A stretch of 64,000 nt of DNA from Rothia sp. (in: high G+C Gram-positive bacteria) (GTDB lineage: Bacteria > Actinomycetota > Actinomycetes > Actinomycetales > Micrococcaceae). The notes beneath the pieces were generated by a model. The model was given only the letters and a program-made list of their open reading frames with translations. It was not told where the DNA came from and did no database searches. The translations under genes and the position numbers were made by a program. The stretch covers positions 290,130 through 354,129 of the forward strand of contig NZ_JAUNVZ010000001.1 of assembly GCF_030540545.1 (NCBI RefSeq). Direction: 5' to 3'. Positions within the stretch are counted from its first letter, which is position 1. The number at the start of each line of letters is the position of its first letter. This document shows positions 49,894-60,454 of the stretch, one piece after another.

Positions 49894-51770
49894 TATTCCT
49901 CCTCCATGGTCATCAAATCACGATATGCGGCGCTGGTCGCCATGAGCTGGCGGTGAGTGCCGGTGGCAATAATCTTTCCGTGCTCCAGCAGCAGCACGGT
50001 ATCTGCCAGCGCCACGGTGGAGGGGCGATGCGCGGTCAGCACCGTGGTCGCATAGCCCAGGGCGGCTAAGTCTTGAGCCTCGCGTGCTGCCTTAAGACCG
50101 TTAATAATGCGTTCCTCAGTGGCAACATCCAGAGCAGAGAAGGGATCATCGAGCAAGAGCACACTCGGGCGTACCAGCAGGGCACGAGCTAGGGATAGAC
50201 GCTGACGCTGACCGCCCGAAAGGCTCATGCCCTCTTCACCAATGCGGGTCTCCAAACCCTCAGGCAGATCGAAAATAAACTCCGCGGCGGCAAGCTTAAT
50301 CGCCTGATTCAGCAGTGCCTTGAGTTCCTGTTCAGGCACGGAATCAGCTGCGGGCAGGCCAAGCAGTAGATTCTCTCGCACGCTGCCGGAAAAGAGCACA
50401 GCCTCCTCAAAAACAAAGGCGGTGGAGCGGCGCAAAGATGTGAGGTCCAGGGCAGAAATATCCTGCCCATTCATGAGCACCCTACCTGCACTCGGCTCAT
50501 AAAAACGCGGCAGCAGGGTCAGCGCCGTGGACTTACCGCTACCGGTAGCACCCACCAGAGCCACAATCTCACCGGGGGCAGCGGAGAAAGAAATATCCTC
50601 CAGCACGCGATGCTCGCTACCGTCCTTGCGTGGGTACCCAAAGGAGACCTGCTCAAAATCAATACGTACCGGTGCCTCAAAGGCGCGCGGCTGCTCCTGC
50701 TCGGGCACCAGAGCCACATCTTCAGGCACGGATTCATCCCCCATGACCTGCACATGACGTTCCCAAGCCACCCTATAACCCAGGTAACCGGAAATGAGCA
50801 TAGTGGAGCGCTGCACATGGCTAAGAACCGCGGTCAGCAGGGCAAAATAGGCGCTCAGGGCACCCAGGCTCATAGTGCCCTCGGCAACTTGCGGAATACC
50901 GTAGTAGAGCACTGCCAGCATAGCGCCACCCATAATGCACCGCTGATAGAAAGCAACACGACCCACCAGAGCCGCACGGCGATACTCCAGCTCATTGACC
51001 TCTTGTGCATCCCTATTGAAAGCCTCAATGACCTGCGGGGAGCGACCCAGAGCCTTGAGCACGCGAATACCGCGCACCGACTCATCCACACTGGTAGCAA
51101 GGTCGGCGGTCTTCTCAGAAATCACGCGCGTGAGCTTGTGATAATTACGCGTGTAATTGAAAACCGAGAGAAAAAGAACCGGGATAGTAATCAGGAAAAT
51201 AATCGCCAGGGACGGCGAAGCCTGCACCATAAAATAGGCGGACACTACGAACATGACCGCAATAGAGGTCAGCTGAATCAGCGCAAAAGAAAGCCAGCGG
51301 CGAATGGTACCCAAATCGCTCAGGGAGCGGCTCAGCAACTGACCGGAAGTCCAACGGTCAAAGAAACTCAAGGGGCTGCGCGAGAGCTTATCGAAGAAGT
51401 TCATGCGCATGCGCGTTTCCATAGTGGAGGTGGGATCCACCGCCAAAAAACGACGCAGGAAGGAAAGCGCCGCACTGGTCACGCCCAGCAGCAGCACCAG
51501 GGCGCCACCAATCCAAATGGCAGCCTCGGTGGGAGATTGCAGGGAATCCACAATATGCTGCAGCATTTGCGGCACCATAATCTCAAAGGTAGCGGCAAGC
51601 ATACCCACCACTAGACCGGCAGTCCAGCGCGCGCGAATAGGCTTAACATAGGGGCCTAGGGTCAGAGGCGGCTGCTCACCCGCTGCATAGTCTAGTGGCT
51701 GCGGTACGGGTTCAGGTTTGGTGGTTAGCAGTGGGTTCGGCATGAATAATCCTGTGTATATGCGCCACAC
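49893..51770 (-). CDS. ABC exporter subunit (TMD+NBD), heterodimeric multidrug type
   Basis: 6 TM, GATGSGKST, LSGGQRQR, LLDDP (degenerate Walker B); start could be ATG 51743. Confidence 0.9.
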   Translation of the reverse strand: MWRIYTGLFMPNPLLTTKPEPVPQPLDYAAGEQPPLTLGPYVKPIRARWTAGLVVGMLAATFEIMVPQMLQHIVDSLQSPTEAAIWIGGALVLLLGVTSAALSFLRRFLAVDPTSTMETRMRMNFFDKLSRSPLSFFDRWTSGQLLSRSLSDLGTIRRWLSFALIQLTSIAVMFVVSAYFMVQASPSLAIIFLITIPVLFLSVFNYTRNYHKLTRVISEKTADLATSVDESVRGIRVLKALGRSPQVIEAFNRDAQEVNELEYRRAALVGRVAFYQRCIMGGAMLAVLYYGIPQVAEGTMSLGALSAYFALLTAVLSHVQRSTMLISGYLGYRVAWERHVQVMGDESVPEDVALVPEQEQPRAFEAPVRIDFEQVSFGYPRKDGSEHRVLEDISFSAAPGEIVALVGATGSGKSTALTLLPRFYEPSAGRVLMNGQDISALDLTSLRRSTAFVFEEAVLFSGSVRENLLLGLPAADSVPEQELKALLNQAIKLAAAEFIFDLPEGLETRIGEEGMSLSGGQRQRLSLARALLVRPSVLLLDDPFSALDVATEERIINGLKAAREAQDLAALGYATTVLTAHRPSTVALADTVLLLEHGKIIATGTHRQLMATSAAYRDLMTMEEE

Positions 51771-51945
51771 GGGACAAGGCGGTAGCCATAAGTCGTGAGT
51801 AATACCGTACGCTGCCGATCCCGTGGTTCGGGTGGCGGTACGGTGCGCGGCGCGATGGGTCCTTTAGTTAAAGTGTATACCCATTCAGGATTTTCTACAG
51901 GAACCTATTAGACTTTTGGGTGCGGGTTCTCAAAGAGAGGAATAT

Positions 51946-52899
51946 CTAGACAGCACGCGGAGCCAAAGTCACCAGCACCGCCTCCGGCGGGCAGAAAAGA
52001 CGCACCTGCGCAAAACGAGAGGTGCCTAAACCTGCAGAAATCTGAACCGGCACATCCTGCGTAAAACTCACACCCTTAGCGCGAGCAGGCGGCAAATCGC
52101 AATTACTGACCAGAGCGTGCCCGCCGGGCAGACATACCTGTCCGCCGTGAGTATGACCGGCAAAAATCGCCTGGGCGCCATCATCCACAAAACGATCCAG
52201 AGTACGCATATAGGGCGCATGAGCCACCCCCAAACGCACACTGCTCTCGGGCGCATCCCAGGCGGCGGGGGAGAAACCCGGGTGACGATCATAATCCAGA
52301 TGCGGGTCATCCACACCCGAGAAGAAAATACGCGTGCCCTTAAGCTCCATATCGTCATAACGGTTAATCAGACCGCGCCAACCGCGAGACTCAAACTCCG
52401 CGTGCATTCGCTCAAAAGGTAGAGCCACACGACGATCATCAATACCCTCATCGCTGGTGGATTCCTTCCACAAATAGCGCGCAGGATTCTTCATAATCGG
52501 AGCGAAATAGCAATTAGAGCCGGGCACAAAAACACCCGGGAAATCCATGAGCGGATCCAGCGCACGCAGCAGCGGATCCAGACCCTCAACGTGGGAGAGA
52601 TTATCTCCGGTATTAATCACCAGATCCGGCTGCAGCTCAGCTAGGGAGTGCATAAACTCGGTTTTGCGCTTCTGACCGGGAATCATATGCATATCCGAAA
52701 TATGCAGAATACGAATCTCTTCGCTACCGGCAGGCAGCACCTCAAGGCGCTCGGTACGCACCTGGAAACGGTTTAGCTCAATGAAATGGGCGTAGGCGAG
52801 GGTCGCCGCAGCCGCACCGGCGCAGACAGCCGCGGCGCCCGAGGCAGCGCGCACAATGGAGGAAAGCTGCGAGGTAGAAGAAGAGGCAGCAGGCGACAT
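51946..52899 (-). CDS. Calcineurin-like metallophosphoesterase
   Basis: HISDMH, TGDN, PGSNC, GVAH, AGHTHGGQ; conserved neighbour of ponA2. Confidence 0.9.
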   Translation of the reverse strand: MSPAASSSTSQLSSIVRAASGAAAVCAGAAAATLAYAHFIELNRFQVRTERLEVLPAGSEEIRILHISDMHMIPGQKRKTEFMHSLAELQPDLVINTGDNLSHVEGLDPLLRALDPLMDFPGVFVPGSNCYFAPIMKNPARYLWKESTSDEGIDDRRVALPFERMHAEFESRGWRGLINRYDDMELKGTRIFFSGVDDPHLDYDRHPGFSPAAWDAPESSVRLGVAHAPYMRTLDRFVDDGAQAIFAGHTHGGQVCLPGGHALVSNCDLPPARAKGVSFTQDVPVQISAGLGTSRFAQVRLFCPPEAVLVTLAPRAV

Positions 52900-53150
52900 G
52901 ACTATTTCCTTTCACCGAGCCAATAACTCTTGGACACACCCGCACACTAGTAAACGGGCATTCGAGTACTACTCTAACAGCCCTTACTGTGTACAGGCTG
53001 ATAGACAGATGCATACACGATGCGCTGGCTCTACGACCTATAGCTATTTCGGGGATAGAGCGGGATAGAAGAGCGTAGAAAACGCCCCGCCTATCGCATT
53101 GATAAACGGGGCGAAATCATATCCGTCTCTAACCCGGATCGGGCCCACCA

Positions 53151-55319
53151 CTAGCCGGCTGCAGAGAGAACCTGCGCGCTCGGAAGGGTGAAATTATCCT
53201 TGTTGTACTTAGGAGCCATGGTTCGCATGAAGCTCTGCCACTGGGCACCGGCGTAGGTCGCACCATCCACATAGGTGAGCACGCGGCCATTAATCGCCAG
53301 GTTGTTCATAGAACGAGAACCCTGGTTCAGGCTACCAACCCAGGAAGAGGTGGACAGACCGCGAGTGTAACCGGTCATCCATGTCTGGGAGGAATTATCG
53401 TTCGTACCGGTCTTCGCAGCCGAAGCCTCGGGCAAACCAATACCGCGATCGGGAGCCGAACCGCCGTAGGCAATCACGCCCTTGAGCACCCAGCTCACGC
53501 CATTTGCCACATCGGGTTCAAGCACCTGCTCGCACTCATTGGTATATTCCTTCAGAGTGGAACCGTCATTTGCCAGCACCTTATCCATCGGGCGGGGCTC
53601 GCAATACTTACCCTCGCTCGCAAAGATTGCGAAGGTCGATGCCATGGTCAGCGGGGTTGCACCATTGGCGGTACCACCAATATTGCTCGAGAGGTTCTCC
53701 ACCTTGTACAGAGGGTTACCGAAACCATCGTGCACATGTAGACGCTCAGCCATATCGCGAATATCGCACAAATCCAGGCGAGCAACCATGCCGTAGAGGT
53801 AGGAGTTCCAGGACTGGCGAATACCGTAGGCTGCGGTATTCCAGGTCTGACCGCCGGCAACCGCGTTCTTGAAGCTAAAGCCAGCCGGGTCATCGCGGAA
53901 GTAGAACTTACCGCCTTCAAGGCACTTAGCATTCCAACCGAAGGAGGTCGGGTAGAGCAGGGAGGTACCGTTGACAATGGCGTTCACGCCCTTGCCCGAA
54001 GCAATCCACTGAGCCAGAACCACGGGCTTGAAGGTCGAACCGGGCTGGAAACCGCCGGTACCACCGAATGCGTAATCAACGTTGTAGTTGAACTGGTTCA
54101 CGCTGTGGTCGTTGGCATCAACGGGGTTACCCCACTGAGAGTTCTGAGCCATAGCAACCACACGACCGGTACCGGGCTCAACACTGGTCAGAGCAGCGTT
54201 AATATCATTCCAGTTGGTTGCACCGGGCTGAGTGGACTCCACAGCCTTCTTTGCAGCCACCTGAGCCTCGGGGTTCAGGGTGGTGACAATCTTCAGACCG
54301 CCGCGGCGCAGAGTCGCCTCGCGACGTTCAGTGGTCGGACCGAAGGAAGGATCACCCAGGAAGTTGTACAGCATGTAGTAGCAGAACTGCGCATTATCGC
54401 CCGCAATGGAGCAACCCTGAGAAGTGGGGTGTACATCCAGCTTAATATCGGAAGCAACCGCCTCCTCAAACTCCTGCTGAGTAATCTTCTTATCGCGCAG
54501 CATAGTCGAGAGCACAATATCGCGGCGCTCACGAGCCAGATCCGGGTTCTTGGTCGGATCGTAAATATTCGGTGCCTGCACCAGACCCGCCAGCAGAGCC
54601 GCCTGAGCAATGGTCAGGTTCTTAGCGGACTTACCCCAGTAGTACTGAGATGCAGCCTCAACACCGATATTCTGGCCACCCATATTCACAATATTCAGGT
54701 AGCCCTCAAGGATCTGATCCTTGGTCTTATTGCGCTCCATGGAGATCGCGAGCTTCATCTCTTTGATCTTATCCACGTAGTTCTTCTTAGCACCCAGAGT
54801 ATTGGGGTCTTCACCGCGCGCAACATCAGCGTTAATAATCAGGTTATTAACGTACTGCTGGGTCAGGGTAGAAGCACCCTGACGCTTATTGGGGTTCAGA
54901 ATATTATTGAAGAACGCACGACCAATACCAATCGGGGAGACAGCGCCGTGGTTGTAGAACTCACGGTCCTCCACCGAGATAATGGCATCCTTCAAATAGG
55001 GAGACATCTGATCCAGCTTAACCTGGGTATTGGTCTCTGCGAAGAAGGTTGCGATCTTCGTGGTGCCATCGGAAGCGTATACGGTCGAAGGCTTAGAGAT
55101 ATTCTCATCCGAAATATCATCCGGAAGGTCCTGGAACCAGGACATAGAGGCATTAGCCGTCAACGCAACGCTCATGGACGGAGGCAGCACAACCAGTGCC
55201 ACCAGCAGGCCAGCAATCACGCTATACGCCAAAAACTGAATAAAATCGCCCGGGCGCGAACGCTTCGAGCGGGATTTCTTAGATGAAGCCATTTTTCCAG
55301 TGTAGCGTACACGCCCCAA
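53151..55319 (-). CDS. ponA: Bifunctional transglycosylase/transpeptidase (class A PBP, PonA2-like)
   Basis: SVEDREFY, GASTLTQQYV, KIKE, QPGSTFKP, SWN, KTGT. Confidence 0.93.
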   Translation of the reverse strand: MGRVRYTGKMASSKKSRSKRSRPGDFIQFLAYSVIAGLLVALVVLPPSMSVALTANASMSWFQDLPDDISDENISKPSTVYASDGTTKIATFFAETNTQVKLDQMSPYLKDAIISVEDREFYNHGAVSPIGIGRAFFNNILNPNKRQGASTLTQQYVNNLIINADVARGEDPNTLGAKKNYVDKIKEMKLAISMERNKTKDQILEGYLNIVNMGGQNIGVEAASQYYWGKSAKNLTIAQAALLAGLVQAPNIYDPTKNPDLARERRDIVLSTMLRDKKITQQEFEEAVASDIKLDVHPTSQGCSIAGDNAQFCYYMLYNFLGDPSFGPTTERREATLRRGGLKIVTTLNPEAQVAAKKAVESTQPGATNWNDINAALTSVEPGTGRVVAMAQNSQWGNPVDANDHSVNQFNYNVDYAFGGTGGFQPGSTFKPVVLAQWIASGKGVNAIVNGTSLLYPTSFGWNAKCLEGGKFYFRDDPAGFSFKNAVAGGQTWNTAAYGIRQSWNSYLYGMVARLDLCDIRDMAERLHVHDGFGNPLYKVENLSSNIGGTANGATPLTMASTFAIFASEGKYCEPRPMDKVLANDGSTLKEYTNECEQVLEPDVANGVSWVLKGVIAYGGSAPDRGIGLPEASAAKTGTNDNSSQTWMTGYTRGLSTSSWVGSLNQGSRSMNNLAINGRVLTYVDGATYAGAQWQSFMRTMAPKYNKDNFTLPSAQVLSAAG

Positions 55320-55478
55320 TCCGGCACCTGCACCGGGCTTGGTGAACTAAGGAAAACCGAAGAAACACACCCTATATAAGAGAAGAAAACACGCCAAAAC
55401 TATGCTCTCGGACAAATAGCGCGGTAGCTGCCGGCGCGTATCTTGAGACCAACCCTCAAAGGTATTAACCTAGAGACT

Positions 55479-55679
55479 ATGAAGAAATGGGAATACGCAA
55501 CTGTGCCTCTAATGATCCACGCAACCAAGCAGATCCTCGATAGCTGGGGTGAAGACGGCTGGGAGCTGGTAACCGTACTGCCCGGCGCCTCCGCAGCAGG
55601 CCCCAACCCGGCATCCAATATGGTCGCCCCCACCCAGGGCAACCCCATCGCCTACTTCAAGCGTGAAAAGCAGGGCTAA
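55479..55679 (+). CDS. DUF4177 small protein
   Basis: MKKWEYATVPLMIHATKQILDSWGEDGWELV...AYFKR. Confidence 0.85.
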   Translation: MKKWEYATVPLMIHATKQILDSWGEDGWELVTVLPGASAAGPNPASNMVAPTQGNPIAYFKREKQG

Positions 55680-55795
55680 AGCCCGCACACACACCCGATA
55701 CTCGCACGCATACGCTAAGCGAGTATCGGGTGAGTCATCTTAAAGAGACTCATCAAACCCAAATGGGCGCGATACACCAGAGAAAAGAGAAAACC

Positions 55796-56278
55796 ATGAG
55801 CGAATCCCGCATTGAAGCACGCATCCGCGAACTCGGCTACGAACTGCCCGAGGTAGCAGCCCCCGTCGCAGCATACGTACCCGCCATTGTCAGCGGCTCC
55901 TACGTCTACACCTCCGGACAGCTGCCCTTCACCCAGGGCGCACTGCCCGAAACCGGCAAGGTCTCCGACAACGGTCAGGACGGCTACGTGTCCCCCGAAA
56001 ATGCTAAGAAGTACGCCGCCGTGAGCGTGCTCAACGCCCTGGCAGCCGTCAAGTCCGTTATTGGCGATCTGGATCGTATTAAGCAGGTCGTTAAGGTCGT
56101 CGGTTTCGTCTCCTCCGACCCCGCATTTACCGCACAGCCTGCAGTTATTAACGGTGCATCCGAACTGCTCGGTGAAATCTTCGGTGAAGCAGGCCAGCAC
56201 GCACGCAGCGCCGTAGGCGTACCCGTGCTGCCCCTGGACTCGCCCGTCGAAGTCGAAATTATCGTAGAGTTCGCCTAA
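55796..56278 (+). CDS. RidA/YjgF family protein
   Basis: AAYVPA, YTSGQLP, VINGASELL, HARSAVGV, LPLDSPVEVE. Confidence 0.92.
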   Translation: MSESRIEARIRELGYELPEVAAPVAAYVPAIVSGSYVYTSGQLPFTQGALPETGKVSDNGQDGYVSPENAKKYAAVSVLNALAAVKSVIGDLDRIKQVVKVVGFVSSDPAFTAQPAVINGASELLGEIFGEAGQHARSAVGVPVLPLDSPVEVEIIVEFA

Positions 56279-56304
56279 ATCACAAGGCTCTCAAGGGAAG
56301 AGAA

Positions 56305-57477
56305 ATGCTCTCCAACCAACCCATGTATACCGGCATGATCCCGGTACAGCCCGGCTCCGGCTCCGGCTCCACCCCCGCCGAGCAGCCGCAAGGAGCAGCA
56401 CACCCGGATGCGACTAAACCCCGCATGTTCACCGGGCGCAGCAGCCTGCCCGCACCGCGCACCGAAAGCATTCAGCGCCTGTACAGCGTGCCCGAATATA
56501 TGCGCGTGGCAGCCCAGCACTGGTCCCGCATCGAAAACCAAGCCGACCAGAGCGTGCGCAGCGCGCGCCTTGCAGCCTCGGTCATTTTCGTGCGCGATGG
56601 CGATAACGGTCTGGAAACCATCCTGACCTACCGCCCCGGCTGCTCACCCCTGGGAATCGTTGCCTTCCCGGGAGGCGCCGTGCGCGAAGACGATAGCCAC
56701 CCGCTACCCTGGCACGGCCCCAGCCCCGAAGCCTGGCGCAAAAAACTGCACTTTGACAGCGTAGATTCCGCCCGAGCCAGCGTCATCGCAGCAATCCGCG
56801 AATCCTTTGAAGAAACCGGAATTCTGCTCGCCGGTAGCGATAGCCAAAGCGTTGCCGAATATAGCGCCGGAGACGAACATATGTGTCAGCGCTCCGCCGT
56901 GGCCTTAGAAGATCGCAGCTTTAACGAATTCTTGCGCCTAACGGGACTACAAGCACGCACCGATCTGCTGCGCGCGGTAGACCGCTGGCAATCCCCGGAC
57001 TTCTTCCACAAGAGGTTTGACACCAGCTACTTCACCGCCGCTATTCCCGTAGGTCAGCGCGCCAAACTACTGCGTGAAAAGGGCGTATGGGGCGACTGGA
57101 TCAATGTGCGTCAGCTGCTGGCAGAGCGCAATACCACCGCCCTGGGAGATGCCATTGGGCAGGAAAATACCGTGGGTAAAAAGCTCGAAGAGCTCATCGC
57201 CCCCGGAGTGATGTGCATGCTCGAATCCCTCGCCAAAGCCGACTCCACCGTAGCCTGGCTGGCAAAGAGCCGTACTGTGCGCGTACAAAAGCCCACCCTG
57301 GTCACCTCGGGAAACAGCTGTATGCTCTCCTTTATGGACGTGGTACCCGTTGCCCCCAAAACCGGACGATTCGGCGCCGTACCGGCAGCGGAAAAACCCG
57401 TTGCCGACAAGAACGCCGAGGGCACCTTTACCGGGGCGCTCAAAACCATTGCTCCCACCACTAAGCGGACGGCATAG
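56305..57477 (+). CDS. NUDIX hydrolase (NUDT19-like) with long N-terminal extension
   Basis: AFPGGAV, AAIRESFEETGILL, RFDTSYF. Confidence 0.8.
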   Translation: MLSNQPMYTGMIPVQPGSGSGSTPAEQPQGAAHPDATKPRMFTGRSSLPAPRTESIQRLYSVPEYMRVAAQHWSRIENQADQSVRSARLAASVIFVRDGDNGLETILTYRPGCSPLGIVAFPGGAVREDDSHPLPWHGPSPEAWRKKLHFDSVDSARASVIAAIRESFEETGILLAGSDSQSVAEYSAGDEHMCQRSAVALEDRSFNEFLRLTGLQARTDLLRAVDRWQSPDFFHKRFDTSYFTAAIPVGQRAKLLREKGVWGDWINVRQLLAERNTTALGDAIGQENTVGKKLEELIAPGVMCMLESLAKADSTVAWLAKSRTVRVQKPTLVTSGNSCMLSFMDVVPVAPKTGRFGAVPAAEKPVADKNAEGTFTGALKTIAPTTKRTA

Positions 57478-57492
57478 AACATATCTGTATAC

Positions 57493-57539
57493 AAAAGCAC
57501 CGGCGGAGTGAAGAGAATCTTCACCCCGCCGGTGCTTTT
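57493..57539. terminator. Bidirectional terminator between the NUDIX gene and crp
   Basis: AAAAGCACCGGCGG...CCGCCGGTGCTTTT. Confidence 0.8.
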
Positions 57540-57565
57540 AGCTATAAGAGCGTATACGCAGCAGC

Positions 57566-57644
57566 TTAGCGCGAGCGCTGTGCTCAATGCTGCTTTAGCG
57601 CGAGCGCTGGCGCTGTGCTCAATACTGCTTTAGCGAGAACGCTG
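57566..57644 (-). repeat. Degenerate tandem copies of the crp 3' end
   Basis: TTAGCGCGAGCGCTG-containing units at 57566 (29 nt) and 57595 (35 nt), then TTAGCGAGAACGCTG (crp stop) at 57630. Confidence 0.75.
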
Positions 57645-58307
57645 ACGCAGGCGCGGCAGGTCCAGAATGACCACAGCGCGTGCCTCCAGGCGGATCCAGC
57701 CGCGAGAAACGAACTCAGCCAGGGCCTTGTTCACGGTCTCACGAGAAGCACCGACCAGCTGAGCCAGCTCTTCCTGAGTCAGCTCATGAGCGACCAGAAT
57801 GCCGTCGGTTGCCGGGCGGCCGAAACGATCCGCCAGATCCAGCAGAGCCTTAGCCAGACGACCCGGAACATCCGAGAAGACCAGGTCAGCCAGAGCCTCA
57901 TTGGAACGACGCAGGCGACGAGCCAGAGCCTTAATCACCTGATCAGAAATCGAGGGATCCAGCTGCTGAGCGCGCTTGAAAGAATCGTGCTTAATAGCAG
58001 CCAGGCGAGTCTCGGATACAGCAACCGCATTGGTCGAACGGGGCGAAGGATCAAAGAGAGCCATCTCGCCGAAAACATCGCCGGGGCCCATAATTGCAAC
58101 CATGTTCTCACGGCCATCAGCTGCTGTGCGACCCAGCTTAATCTTGCCCGAGAGTACAGCGAAGAGCTGATCGCCCTGATCGCCCTCGTAGAACAGAACG
58201 GCGTTGCGGGACAGGTCAACTTCCTGAATATCATCAGTCAGCAGCTTGAAGGCAGCATCATCCAGGCCCGCGAACAGCGGGGAGCGACGCAGAATCTCCA
58301 AATCCAT
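57630..58307 (-). CDS. crp: Crp/Fnr-family cAMP receptor regulator (GlxR/Crp)
   Basis: cNMP domain FGEMALFDPSPRST; HTH LTQEELAQLVGASRETVNKAL. Confidence 0.95.
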   Translation of the reverse strand: MDLEILRRSPLFAGLDDAAFKLLTDDIQEVDLSRNAVLFYEGDQGDQLFAVLSGKIKLGRTAADGRENMVAIMGPGDVFGEMALFDPSPRSTNAVAVSETRLAAIKHDSFKRAQQLDPSISDQVIKALARRLRRSNEALADLVFSDVPGRLAKALLDLADRFGRPATDGILVAHELTQEELAQLVGASRETVNKALAEFVSRGWIRLEARAVVILDLPRLRQRSR

Positions 58308-58592
58308 GGGGGTCTCCTCAAAGAAAAAATACTAATAGTTAAGCGCTGCAGAGCGCCCGTTTGGTGAGTTGACCGGGCAGTGTCTGTGTGAGCTACCCGG
58401 TAGATGTGACATATTCAACTAATAAGAGCGTACCGCATATTTAAAAATTCTGCACCCAAAATACAGCCAGAATGGCAAAAATTTTTGCGTACCAGCAAAA
58501 ACATAAGAAAAACACAGGTTCAACGCGTAGGATACATAATCCAACGGTAGGCATGTGCACACCTGCTGCCGAGAACATAAAGGAGAAATGGA

Positions 58593-59771
58593 TTGTTTAG
58601 CTCTCTAAATATCCTCGACGTCCTCATCCCCATTATCCTGCTGCTGTACTTCCTGAGCGGACTACGCAGAGGCTTCTTCACCACCCTGGGCACCTTCGCC
58701 GGTCTAGCCCTGGGTGCCTGTGCCGCAGCCTGGCTCATCCCCCAAGCCATTGCAGCAGTCGGAACCCGCTGGGCACTCATTACCTTCCTGCTGGTGCTCG
58801 TCCTCTGCCTAACCATAGGTCAGTGGCTGGGCACCCTCGCCGGAGGCGCCATCCGCCGAGTCACCGATATAACGCCCCTCAAAGGCGTAGAACGCTTAGG
58901 CGGCGGCCTGCTGAACCTGGCAGCCTGCGCCCTGGTCATGGTGGTGCTCACTATTAGCGTACGCACCCTGCCCGTGCCTTCGCTCAACCTTGCGCTCTCT
59001 GAATCCAAGACCCTGTCCTGGATGGTAGAAAACACCCCCAACGGGCTAAAAGAGCGCATTGAATCGGCTCGAAGCGATGTGCTGGCAACCCGCACCATCC
59101 CCGAAATTGGGCAGCTGATCACCCCCGCCGCAGAAGCCCCGGTAGAGTATAACGACACCGCGCAGCTGCAGGCGGCAAGCGCCTCCGTGGTGCAGATTAT
59201 GGGCACCGCCGAAGCCTGCGGATACACCTCCACCGGCTCCGGATTCGTCGCCGATCAGAACCTTGTCGTGACCAATGCACACGTGGTTGCCGGTGTGGAT
59301 GCGCCCGTGGTGCAAGATAGCCGCGGCCGCATGTACAAGGGCCAGGTGGTCTATATGGACAGCGCCCAGGACCTTGCCTTTATCCGCACCGTCAATATGC
59401 CGCTAAGCCCCCTGGCCATCGGCAACAACGCGCGCCCGGGCACCGAAGTGGTCTTTATGGGCTACCCCAAGGGTGGTCCCTTTAGCGCCAAGCCCGCCAC
59501 CGTGCAGGGTATCGGTAACACCCAGACCATTGACGCTGAAAGCGGTAAGAGCAACCCCATGCGTCAGGTCTATCAGCTGGCAGCCGATGTGCAGCACGGT
59601 AACTCCGGCGGTCCGGTGCTTACCAGCGACGGCACCGTAGTCGGCGTGATCTTCGGTAAGGCAACCACCGGTCAAACCGGTTACGCCATTTCGGCAAGCA
59701 CCCTGCAGGCCGATTTGGCAGAAGGCGGCGCCAATACCGCAGCGATTTCTACCGGCACCTGCCGAGCCTAG
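58593..59771 (+). CDS. marP: MarP-family membrane serine protease
   Basis: 4 N-terminal TM (CvpA-like), C...TGSGFV, VTNAHVVAG, DLA, GNSGGPV. Confidence 0.88.
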   Translation: MFSSLNILDVLIPIILLLYFLSGLRRGFFTTLGTFAGLALGACAAAWLIPQAIAAVGTRWALITFLLVLVLCLTIGQWLGTLAGGAIRRVTDITPLKGVERLGGGLLNLAACALVMVVLTISVRTLPVPSLNLALSESKTLSWMVENTPNGLKERIESARSDVLATRTIPEIGQLITPAAEAPVEYNDTAQLQAASASVVQIMGTAEACGYTSTGSGFVADQNLVVTNAHVVAGVDAPVVQDSRGRMYKGQVVYMDSAQDLAFIRTVNMPLSPLAIGNNARPGTEVVFMGYPKGGPFSAKPATVQGIGNTQTIDAESGKSNPMRQVYQLAADVQHGNSGGPVLTSDGTVVGVIFGKATTGQTGYAISASTLQADLAEGGANTAAISTGTCRA

Positions 59772-59867
59772 GAATTCAAACCCGTCTATAGAGCTCAAGC
59801 CCATATATAGAATCAGGCCCCGAGTAGTCATACTCGGGGCCTGATTATTTTAAAAGCTTGGTAGAGC

Positions 59868-60335
59868 CTAGGATTCCTCAAAACCCTGACCCAACACACG
59901 AGCGGCGCTGGTTGCCAAATAATCAAGAGCCATAGTGTAGCCATAGGCGCCCGCACCGGCAATGACAGCGCTCGCCTGCGGGGAAACATAGGAATGATGG
60001 CGGAAAGGCTCACGGCGGTGAATATTGCTCAGGTGCACCTCCACCACCGGAATCTCCACAGCCTCCAGGGCATCGTGCAGAGCAATAGAGGTGTGGGTGT
60101 AGGCGCCGGGGTTAATAATAATGCCGCTACCGTTTAGACGGGCGTGCTGAATTGCGTCAATAAGCACACCCTCATGGTTGGATTGCAGACACTCCACCGC
60201 CAGCCCGTAGGAAGCCGCGCGCTCAATGATCGCGTTTTCAATATCACCAAGGGTCGTGGAGCCGTACACCTCCGGGCGGCGCTGCCCCAGCAGATTCAGA
60301 TTCGGGCCATTGAGCAGAAAAATCACATCAGTCAT
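59868..60335 (-). CDS. aroQ: Type II 3-dehydroquinate dehydratase
   Basis: NGPNLNLLG, QSNHEG, INPGAYTHTS, EVHLSNIHRRE. Confidence 0.96.
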   Translation of the reverse strand: MTDVIFLLNGPNLNLLGQRRPEVYGSTTLGDIENAIIERAASYGLAVECLQSNHEGVLIDAIQHARLNGSGIIINPGAYTHTSIALHDALEAVEIPVVEVHLSNIHRREPFRHHSYVSPQASAVIAGAGAYGYTMALDYLATSAARVLGQGFEES

Positions 60336-60454
60336 ACACCCAGTGTAAACCGCTCCAGGCGCTTGGGAATAGCACCCCGCTCCACTAAGAACAGAAGGAA
60401 ACAGAGCACAACCTGCCTAGAAAAGAGCAGAGGGCACGCGTAAGCTTAGTCGCC

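Noticed and set aside
55320-55478. No whiB4 or ArsA-like genes between ponA and DUF4177, unlike mycobacteria
   Set aside because: Probably a family-level gene-order difference; absence from the genome cannot be judged from one window
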